From: a virus
Taxonomy: Duplodnaviria > Caudoviricetes
Strand: one strand, 5' to 3'
DNA: 24,051 nucleotides
IMG/VR virus record: IMGVR_UViG_3300028587_000043
Location: 1 to 24,051 of that record
The notes beneath the pieces were generated by a model. That model searched no databases. It saw only the letters and a program-made list of their open reading frames with translations, and was not told the DNA's origin. The translations under genes and the position numbers were made by a program. The stretch's first letter is position 1; each line of letters begins with the position of its first letter. Of the stretch, positions 8,537-16,057 are shown piece after piece.

Positions 8537-8866
8537 ATGGATGCCGGCCGACTACGCCATTACGTGGAGATTGAGGACTACGTGCTCGTTCAGGATGAGG
8601 CGGGCGATGACATCAAGGTGTATTCGCACTATGGCTTTACGTGGGCGTCGATTCGCACGCTGCGCGGGCGCGAGTTGTTTCTTGCGCAGCAGCAGTTCGC
8701 GGCGTCCGACAATGAAATCGTCATCCGTTATCTGGCCGGGGTCAACGAGCAGATGCGCGTGGTCCACGATGGGCTGTACTACAACATCCTGAATTGCGAC
8801 GACGTGGAGTTGCGCCACAAGACCATGATCCTGCTGTGCGAAACCGGCATCTCGGAAACCAAATAA
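8537..8866 (+). CDS. Head closure / head-tail adaptor (SPP1 gp16-like)
   Basis: MDAGRLRH.VEI, WASIRTLRGRE and IRYLAGVNEQMRV..YNI motifs; expected position. Confidence 0.9.
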   Translation: MDAGRLRHYVEIEDYVLVQDEAGDDIKVYSHYGFTWASIRTLRGRELFLAQQQFAASDNEIVIRYLAGVNEQMRVVHDGLYYNILNCDDVELRHKTMILLCETGISETK

Positions 8867-9351
8867 TGCTGACGATGAAACTGGAAGGCTTGCAGGAACT
8901 CGAGCGCACGCTGCGCGAGTTCGGCCCGAAGGTCGCGAAGAATGGACTGCGGGCGACCAACTTCGCGGCGGCGAAGGTCTATCTCGATGCGGTGCATGAC
9001 ACCGCGCCGGTGCGCTCGGGCTTCCTGAAGTCGCAGATCATCACGGTCAAGCGGCGCTCGCCGGCGGAAACCGAGGTGCGGCATTCGGTCACGGTGCGCA
9101 ATAAGCCGAAGCTCACACTGGTCGCGCGGCGCGGCGATACCGCCAAGAATCGCAAGAAAGGCGCGGTCGGCAAGTATCACGCGATCGCCGGCCCGAAAAC
9201 CTATGGCCGCTTCATCGAGTACGGCACGTCGCGCATGACGGCCGCGCCGTTCATGCGCCCGGCGTTCGAAAAGAATGCCGGCGCGGCGGTCGATGCGGCC
9301 CGCTTGCGCATGGAGAAAGCCGTGAGATTGGCGGCGAAGAAAGCAACGTGA
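8866..9351 (+). CDS. HK97 gp10-like neck/tail component, 161 aa
   Basis: TAATG overlap; LEGLQELERTL, APVRSGFLK and YGRFIEYGTSRM.AAPFMRPAF motifs. Confidence 0.9.
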   Translation: MLTMKLEGLQELERTLREFGPKVAKNGLRATNFAAAKVYLDAVHDTAPVRSGFLKSQIITVKRRSPAETEVRHSVTVRNKPKLTLVARRGDTAKNRKKGAVGKYHAIAGPKTYGRFIEYGTSRMTAAPFMRPAFEKNAGAAVDAARLRMEKAVRLAAKKAT

Positions 9352-9719
9352 ATATCGCCGAGCATGTGTTCGCGGCGCTGGACGGATTGCGCGCGCATCA
9401 GGAGAAGCTGCCGTCCAAAGGGGTGACGAATGAACCGCCCGGCTATGTCCTGCCGATGCTCGTTATTTCCACCATTACGGGTAACGACGATCTGGACTTG
9501 CGCGGCGAGGCGACGCTGCGTTGGCGCGTCATGCAGATCGATGCGTGGGGCAAGACGCGGCGCGGTACCGACGATTACATGGAACTCGCGCGGGCGCAGA
9601 TGCTGGCATACAAGCAATTCAGCGTGGGCGCGATCGATGTCAGCGGGGCGCCCGGGTATGACGACGACGCCAACCTGTTTCGCGCGTCGCTTGAGTTCCG
9701 GGTGTGGTTTACGCAATGA
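9348..9719 (+). CDS. Putative tail terminator/completion protein (DUF3168-like)
   Basis: GTGA overlap; MQIDAWGKT and YDDDANLFRASLEFRVW motifs; positioned before the major tail gene. Confidence 0.75.
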   Translation: MNIAEHVFAALDGLRAHQEKLPSKGVTNEPPGYVLPMLVISTITGNDDLDLRGEATLRWRVMQIDAWGKTRRGTDDYMELARAQMLAYKQFSVGAIDVSGAPGYDDDANLFRASLEFRVWFTQ

Positions 9720-9940
9720 CCTACGGCGACCTCGCGTTTGCACAGGCGTGCGTGCGCGGGTTTCATACCGCACTGGCGGCGTTCAAGCAGTGGTCAGTGA
9801 CGCAGCAGCAGACGGCCGAGGATGAGCGCTTGCTGCGCGCGCTTGATTTTGTAGCGGATGCAGCAAAGGATTGGGTTCGCAGCAAGGCGTCGGAAATCGC
9901 GGCGCCCACACCGAAAGGAAACGAGCATGCGCAGCAATAG
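9716..9940 (+). CDS. Hypothetical 74-aa helical protein
   Basis: ATGA overlap with the upstream gene; fills the gap; amphipathic helical pattern. Confidence 0.6.
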   Translation: MTYGDLAFAQACVRGFHTALAAFKQWSVTQQQTAEDERLLRALDFVADAAKDWVRSKASEIAAPTPKGNEHAQQ

Positions 9941-10035
9941 CTTCCCGGCTCAGCCGGCACGCCGTTGTTGCCCCGTTGGATTCACTCGGGCACGCACTGA
10001 TGCCTCCCCGATAGCGGTCAACCGGAGAGGCGATC

Positions 10036-10641
10036 ATGGCTGGACGTGGGGCACAAGGCACTCGGATTTTGCATCAGACGCTGACGGCGTTTATCGACGT
10101 CGAAGCGGTCACCAATATCAGCGGCCCGAATGGGACGGCGGCAACTATCGATACGACCGATCTGCGGTCGACCGGCAAGGAGAACATACCCGGGCTCGCG
10201 GATTACGGTCAGCTAACGCTCGACCTGAATTACACCGACGGCGCCGAGCAGGTCAAGCTGTTCGATATGTTCTCGACGCATGCGGACCCCGAGCCGTTCC
10301 GGCTGGCGTTGCCGACCGACTCGACCATGGAGACGTATGTGCAGTACGACTTCCTCGCGTCGGTCAGCGGCTGCGTGTTCGGCGCGAAGGTCGACGACAA
10401 GCAGACGCTGCAAATTACGCTGAAAACCAGCGGCGGCATGACGCGTACGCCGGACGTCGACGCGGCTGATATCACGACCGAAGGCGCGCTGATGGCAGCG
10501 CGGCGCAAGCAGCGGGATGACGACAAGGTAGCGCGCAAGGCGGCCGAGGAGCAACGGTCGCAGCGGATGAAGGAAGCGTCGCAGCGGATGAAGGAAGCGT
10601 CGGCGCACGCAGCAGAGCACCCGCAGCAGCAGGCGGCTTAA
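10036..10641 (+). CDS. Major tail (tube) protein with a charged C-terminal extension, 201 aa
   Basis: SD GGAGAGG. AQGT, ISGPNG..IDTTDL.S..KENIPGLADYGQL and ITLKTSG motifs of lambda gpV-like tubes. Lies upstream of the chaperones. Confidence 0.9.
   Translation: MAGRGAQGTRILHQTLTAFIDVEAVTNISGPNGTAATIDTTDLRSTGKENIPGLADYGQLTLDLNYTDGAEQVKLFDMFSTHADPEPFRLALPTDSTMETYVQYDFLASVSGCVFGAKVDDKQTLQITLKTSGGMTRTPDVDAADITTEGALMAARRKQRDDDKVARKAAEEQRSQRMKEASQRMKEASAHAAEHPQQQAA
10557..10602 (+). repeat. Perfect 21-bp tandem duplication (SQRMKEA x2)
   Basis: GTCGCAGCGGATGAAGGAAGC occurs at 10557-10577 and 10578-10598, followed by GTCG. Confidence 0.95.
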
Positions 10642-10644
10642 ACC

Positions 10645-10690
10645 GCAGTGATTCCCTCGGGGATCGCTGCATTTCCCCGAGGGAGTTGCA
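10645..10690 (+). promoter_or_regulatory. Two mutually exclusive hairpins, one of which sequesters the chaperone RBS
   Basis: Stem A is 10645-10655/10660-10670 (11 bp, 2 G-U). Stem B is 10653-10663/10674-10684 (11 perfect bp) and covers SD GAGGGAG at 10679-10685. Confidence 0.7.
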
Positions 10691-11011
10691 ATGGCACATG
10701 ATCTAGACGGTTTCAGCGAGGAGCCGATCGAATTCTCGGTCGAGCATCAAGGGCGGACGATGCAGTTTTTTGTCGAGCCGACCTCCATCAAGGAATTTTC
10801 CGGCGCGTTCCGGCGGTCGTCGCAGGATATGGACGCGAACATGAAGCGCACGTTTGTCAAACTCCTACTCGATGAGGACCAAAAGCCGGTGACGGCCGAG
10901 TGGGTCGACAAGCTGCTGAGCAAAAAGAATCTGGTCCCGCTCGCGTTGAAGATCAACGCCGCGCTGAATAGCGCGCTGGGCTTGGATGATCTTGCCGCAA
11001 AAAAAGGCTGA
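10691..11011 (+). CDS. Tail assembly chaperone (gpG-like), 106 aa
   Basis: Lies between the major tail and tape measure genes and ends in a slippery A-run. Confidence 0.85.
   Translation: MAHDLDGFSEEPIEFSVEHQGRTMQFFVEPTSIKEFSGAFRRSSQDMDANMKRTFVKLLLDEDQKPVTAEWVDKLLSKKNLVPLALKINAALNSALGLDDLAAKKG
10999..11005 (+). other. Programmed -1 ribosomal frameshift site A AAA AAA
   Basis: GCA AAA AAA GGC TGA; the -1 frame is open from the slip site to 11376. Confidence 0.85.
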
Positions 11012-11376
11012 CGCCAGACGAGCATTTCATCATGGACCTCGCTGCTCATCTCGGCATGACCGTGCATCGCTTGCGGGCCGAGATGCCGTGGCGCGAGTTG
11101 TTGTTCTGGCGGTTGAAGTGGCAGACCGATCCATGGGGGGAGCATCGCGCGGATTTGCGCATGGAGCGGATTTGCCAGACGCTCGCCGAGATTAACCGCG
11201 ACCGGGTGAAGCATCCCGAGCCGGTGAAGCTCGACGCATTCGCGTTGTTCAGGCGGGACGAGCCGGAACCGGAGTCCGAGACGCGCGTGCGTGGCGCGAC
11301 GATTTCGGGGGCCACGGTCGCATGGCTGGACGCGATGGCGCGGCGCACGGCAAAGGAGCAAAGCAATGGCGCTTAG
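11005..11376 (+). CDS. Tail assembly chaperone, gpT-like segment of the frameshifted G-T fusion (~228 aa total)
   Basis: RLTPDEHFIMDLAAHLGMTVHRLRAEM..REL..W..DPWGEHRADLR is a typical gpT pattern. Overlaps the tape measure start. Confidence 0.85.
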   Translation, partial: RLTPDEHFIMDLAAHLGMTVHRLRAEMPWRELLFWRLKWQTDPWGEHRADLRMERICQTLAEINRDRVKHPEPVKLDAFALFRRDEPEPESETRVRGATISGATVAWLDAMARRTAKEQSNGA

Positions 11377-14300
11377 CGTCGGCGATCTGATTATCAACAT
11401 CGCGACCAACATCGCGTCGCTGCAAACCGGGCTGTCGGCAGCGACGTCGATGGTGCAGCGCTTCGGCAGCAACGTGGCCGCCGAGGTGCGCGGGGTCAAC
11501 GAGAAGATCGGCTCGATCACCGGCTCGTTCAAGGCGCTCGCCGGGCTGACGATTGCCGGCTTCGGGGTGCAGCAGTTCACCGGGATGATCGAGGGCGCGA
11601 TCGATGCACAGGCGCACCTGAAAGACTTGGGCGAAAAGGCCGGCACGACGGCCGAGAAAATGTCATCGCTCATCCCGGCCGCGCGCTTGTCGGGCACGTC
11701 GCTGGATGAGGTCGCCGCCGCGTCGGGGAAATTTTCGAAGAACCTAGTCGAGATTCAAACCGGCGAAGGCAAGGCCGCCGAAGCGTTCAAGCGCTTGGGC
11801 TTCAACGCGGCCGATGCGGCACGCTTCCTGAAGGACCCCGTGCAGGGCATGTTCGAATTGTCGAAGGCAGCGAACAAATACGCCGACGACGGGAACAAGG
11901 TCGCCGTCATGCAGGCGGTGCTGGGGAAGGGCGCCGCCGGTGTGGCGAACTTCATGAAGGAACTCGGCCAGCAGACCGAACTCGTCACTCGCGTCACCAA
12001 CGAACAGGCCGAAGCGGCCGACCGGTTGCAGGATCAGTTCGCGCTCATCAAGTTGGGCGGCGAGGAAATGCGCATGTCGTTCGCCAATGCGCTGATTCCT
12101 ACGTTGTCGCAGATGGCGCTGCAATTTCTTGCGGCGAAGGACGCCGGCGCGGGGTTCTGGCAGGCGCTCGCGATTGCCACGGTGTCGGGCGACAAGGTGG
12201 TCGAGCGGATCACCGATCTGGGCACGACCGTCACCGAAACGAAGAAACAAATCGAACTGGCCAGCGAACCGACCGCGACCGATATGTTCGGCGCGATCAG
12301 TGCGGACGAACATCTCAAGGCGCTCAATTCGACGCTGGAAGAAACGAACAAGAAGCTGAAAATCTATCAGCAGATTCGTGACCAGACTATTTTTCAGAAG
12401 CTGGAAAAGGTCGACACGTCGGACGTGCGCGACCTGCGCTATGGTACTAACGCGAACGTCATCCGCACGCCGACCTCGCTCAATGCGAAAGGCTTGGGCG
12501 ACGACAAGAACAAGCTGGATGAATTCACCAAGGCGCTGCAAAGCATGCGGCAGGAAGCCGCTGCCGCCAACGGCGCATTGGACGCACTCGAGAACGGTAC
12601 CGACAAGTTGACCGCAGCGCAGCAGGGGCTGGCCAAGCTGCAAGCGTCGGAGGTGTGGAAAACATTTAGCAAGTCGCAGCAGGATGCGCTGATTGCACTG
12701 ACCGCCACGACGTCGGCGACGCAGAAGCACATCGACGTGATGACCCGCTTCAAGGGGGTGGTCGACAAGCTGACCGAGGGCGACCAGTGGAACAACTGGA
12801 CGGCCGACTTCAAGGCGCTCACCGATGCGTTCAACGATCCGAAGGGCAAGCTCTCGCTGGACGAGTATCGCGCGCTGACGCAGAAGCTCCTCGACCTGCA
12901 ACCGTACTGGAAGGCGCAGGTGCAGTTGGTGAAGGATCAGGCCGACGCGCTGGCGAAGATGGAGGAAGCGACCAGTCAGGCGGCGGCGGCGAATCGCAAG
13001 CTCGCCGACGACTTCAAGCGGGATCAGGAGCAGCAGGCCAACGACATCGAATTTCAGATTACGCTCATCGGCAAAACTGCCGCTGAGCAGGAGTTGCTGA
13101 CCGCCGCGCGGCAGGTCGACTTGGAGGTCAAGCGGCAGATTCAAGCGCTCGACGCACTCGATCCAGAGTCCGACAAGATGCGCGAAAAAATAATCCTGCA
13201 AGGCGAGTTGTCGAAGGCGCGTATCGATGGCGCGCTGCGCGTCAAGCAGGCGACGGAAACCGGCGTTGCCAACATGCAGACGGTGTTCAACACACTGGAC
13301 TCGACGGCGCGCTCGATCTTCGACAGCATCGGCCAGAAGGGCACGAATATGTGGCAGAAGATCAAGGATGATGGCAAGCGCATCCTGCTCGACTTCCTGT
13401 ATTCGCTCACGGTCAAGCCGTTCCTGATTCAGATTGCGGCGTCGCTGACTGGCGTGTCCGGCGGTGCGGCGGCGAACATCCTCGGCGGCGGTGCCGCCCA
13501 GAATCCATTGGCGGCGTTGACCGGTGGCGGCGGTGGCATCAGCAACGTGATGTCGTTGTTCGGTGCCGCCGGCTCGACGTTCGGCACGACCGCATCGGCG
13601 GCGGCACTCGAGGCGTTCGGCGGTATGGGCGCCTCGCAGGCCGCGATCCTCGCAGCGCAGACGGCCGAGTTTGGCATAGCCGGAACAGCCGCGACGTTGT
13701 CGGCGACGGGCACTACGATGGGGGCGGCGGCCGGGACGATGGCGACGGCGATGGGCGTGGTCGGCACTGCCATCCCGATCCTCGGGCTCGCGATTGCCGC
13801 GTACATGTATTGGGACAGCACCAAGAAACCGTCCGAAGTGCGCGGCCAATTCCAGATTGGCGGAACTGACTTCGAGGATCAGATCAGTACCGCGACGAAG
13901 TTCGGCGCGATTGGTTTCGCCGATGTCGGCACGCAGCAATTCAGTGGCGAGGCGGCGCAGGTATTCAACAAGATCGTCGCGGGCGCACTCGACGCATTCG
14001 AAACGCGGTTCTCGGATGAGCAGTCGGCGCGGCTCGCGGACATCCTGCAAAACACCACGTTCGCCTCGCAGGAGGGCACGTTCACCACCGAAGATTTCTT
14101 GCAGCAGTACGGCGGCGGTGTGTTGCAGCAAGTCATTGTCGCGGCATTCGACGTGCTCGATCCGGCGCTCGCAGCGGTTGCGCGCGGGTTCGAAGGGACG
14201 GCCGATGAGGTCGCGAAATTCGGCAACACGTTGTTGGGCGTGTATGACGCGACGCAGTTGATCGGCAATGCCGACTTCACCGCCGGCATCGACACCGCGC

Positions 14301-16057
14301 TGGCCGGTGCTACGCAGGAGAGCGCCGACAAGATACTCGCCTTCGTCAACGTGGCCGCGACTTTCGGCACAACGGTCGCGGGGCTGGGCGATGCGTTGCA
14401 GGCGCTCGATCCGACCAAGATCACCGAGTTCGTTGACGCTCTCGGTGGCGCGCAGGCATTCGCGCAGCGGTTCGCGTCGTTCAATCAGAACTTCGGTACC
14501 GCGCCGGATGTCGCAGCGGCTGCAACGACGCGGCTCAATACGGCATTCGCGAAGCTCGGGGTTGAGGTGCCGAAGACGCATGCGGAGTTCGTCGCGCTGG
14601 TGAACCAGATGATCGCGGTCGGCGACACCGATGCAGTGGATACGTTGCTCGGCGTGTCCGATGCGTTCGTCACCCTGCACGGGACGGCGGAACAATTGCG
14701 GCAAGCATTGCTCGCGGCGGCAGCGGCCGGGCGGCAGTATTACGCCGAGCATTTCCTGACGCCGGACGAGCGGTTGCTGGGGCGGCAGACGGTCGACTCG
14801 ACGGTGATCTATACCGCGACGCGGGGGACTACCGCACTCGGGGCGGCGTTGCATGTACTCGGAGTTGAGGAGTTGCCGCTTACTGTTGCCGGCATCAGGG
14901 ACGTGCGCGCTTCGCTCGTTGCGATGTATGGCGAGGGCAGCGAAGTCGTCAATCAATTCGATGCCATCTTGCCGAGTATCGGCGACTTGATCGATAGCGT
15001 CGGCGGGTTCGGCGATGCAGCGGAGGATGCCGCGACTCAAGTCAACAAGGCAACCGATGTCATCGTCGTCAGCGTCGGCGGGCTCATCAAGCAGTCGCAG
15101 TCGCTGGCCGATACGCTGATCGGACAGATCGCGGATTTGGCCGGCGAGTCAACGGGCGACTTCGGGACGAAGCTCGGCATTCAGATTGGTCTGATTCGGG
15201 ATGCCGTGGCCAACGCAAGTCGCGCCGACTTCACATCGAACACGGCGTTCACTGCCTACGTCGGGCGACTCAAGAGCACTGCTGCGCAACTAACGTCGGA
15301 GTTGTCGCGGTTCACCATCCTGTCGGCGCAGTACGACGCAGCGCGCGCCGAGCAACTTATCTCGCTGCAAGACTGGTATGCGCAGCAGTTCCATATCTTC
15401 GGCGGCGATACCGCGTTCAACAAAAACACCGCCGCGCTCGATGCGCTCAAGATCATCTTCGACCAGAAGTGGAAGTCGATCGTTGACGGCGTGAAGGATG
15501 GCGTCGATGGTGCGATCGACCAACTGGCGAAGTTGCGCGAGGGCATCGCCGACTATCTGCGCGGGCTGTCGCTGTCCGACCTGTCGCCGCTGTCGCCACT
15601 CGAGCGGTTGAACCAATCACAGGCAGCGTTTGCCGGTGAGTTGGTGAAGGCGCAGGCCGGCGACCTCGGGGCGCTCGGGGATATAACGCAGTTCGCCGGC
15701 GACTTTCTCAAGCAGGCGCGCGACTTCTATGCGTCGGCGCCCGCGTACACCGATATCTATACCGCTGTCACCGAAGCGCTGGCCGCGCTCGCGGGCTCGA
15801 CGCCGACCGGGTTGCCGCTGCCGGGCGCCGATGCGCAGGCGTCGGCCGCTGTTGCGCTTGAGTCGGCGCTGCCGGCCGGCACGATCGCGTCGCAGACTGA
15901 CATTCAGGAGAACACGCAGGCGGTCCGCGACAACGGCGCGATACTGGCCGCGCTGTATCAGGAGCACGCGGCAACCAACACGATGACCGGCGAGCAGAAC
16001 GCCACGCTGCAACGCATCCTCGCGGCAGCATCGAGAACGCCTGTACCGGCGCGATGA
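11366..16057 (+). CDS. Tail tape measure protein, 1563 aa
   Basis: SD AAGGAG before ATG 11366; MALSVGDLIINIATN start; long Ala-rich helical protein with Gly/Ala hydrophobic segments; follows the G/GT pair. Confidence 0.95.
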   Translation: MALSVGDLIINIATNIASLQTGLSAATSMVQRFGSNVAAEVRGVNEKIGSITGSFKALAGLTIAGFGVQQFTGMIEGAIDAQAHLKDLGEKAGTTAEKMSSLIPAARLSGTSLDEVAAASGKFSKNLVEIQTGEGKAAEAFKRLGFNAADAARFLKDPVQGMFELSKAANKYADDGNKVAVMQAVLGKGAAGVANFMKELGQQTELVTRVTNEQAEAADRLQDQFALIKLGGEEMRMSFANALIPTLSQMALQFLAAKDAGAGFWQALAIATVSGDKVVERITDLGTTVTETKKQIELASEPTATDMFGAISADEHLKALNSTLEETNKKLKIYQQIRDQTIFQKLEKVDTSDVRDLRYGTNANVIRTPTSLNAKGLGDDKNKLDEFTKALQSMRQEAAAANGALDALENGTDKLTAAQQGLAKLQASEVWKTFSKSQQDALIALTATTSATQKHIDVMTRFKGVVDKLTEGDQWNNWTADFKALTDAFNDPKGKLSLDEYRALTQKLLDLQPYWKAQVQLVKDQADALAKMEEATSQAAAANRKLADDFKRDQEQQANDIEFQITLIGKTAAEQELLTAARQVDLEVKRQIQALDALDPESDKMREKIILQGELSKARIDGALRVKQATETGVANMQTVFNTLDSTARSIFDSIGQKGTNMWQKIKDDGKRILLDFLYSLTVKPFLIQIAASLTGVSGGAAANILGGGAAQNPLAALTGGGGGISNVMSLFGAAGSTFGTTASAAALEAFGGMGASQAAILAAQTAEFGIAGTAATLSATGTTMGAAAGTMATAMGVVGTAIPILGLAIAAYMYWDSTKKPSEVRGQFQIGGTDFEDQISTATKFGAIGFADVGTQQFSGEAAQVFNKIVAGALDAFETRFSDEQSARLADILQNTTFASQEGTFTTEDFLQQYGGGVLQQVIVAAFDVLDPALAAVARGFEGTADEVAKFGNTLLGVYDATQLIGNADFTAGIDTALAGATQESADKILAFVNVAATFGTTVAGLGDALQALDPTKITEFVDALGGAQAFAQRFASFNQNFGTAPDVAAAATTRLNTAFAKLGVEVPKTHAEFVALVNQMIAVGDTDAVDTLLGVSDAFVTLHGTAEQLRQALLAAAAAGRQYYAEHFLTPDERLLGRQTVDSTVIYTATRGTTALGAALHVLGVEELPLTVAGIRDVRASLVAMYGEGSEVVNQFDAILPSIGDLIDSVGGFGDAAEDAATQVNKATDVIVVSVGGLIKQSQSLADTLIGQIADLAGESTGDFGTKLGIQIGLIRDAVANASRADFTSNTAFTAYVGRLKSTAAQLTSELSRFTILSAQYDAARAEQLISLQDWYAQQFHIFGGDTAFNKNTAALDALKIIFDQKWKSIVDGVKDGVDGAIDQLAKLREGIADYLRGLSLSDLSPLSPLERLNQSQAAFAGELVKAQAGDLGALGDITQFAGDFLKQARDFYASAPAYTDIYTAVTEALAALAGSTPTGLPLPGADAQASAAVALESALPAGTIASQTDIQENTQAVRDNGAILAALYQEHAATNTMTGEQNATLQRILAAASRTPVPAR

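Noticed and set aside
9843-9871. Possible promoter TTGATT-N17-AAGGAT upstream of the major tail gene
   Set aside because: The -10 box is too weak to support from sequence alone.
11744-15040. 1098-aa minus-strand ORF
   Set aside because: Antisense shadow of the tape measure gene, caused by GC-rich codon bias; no motifs or RBS context.
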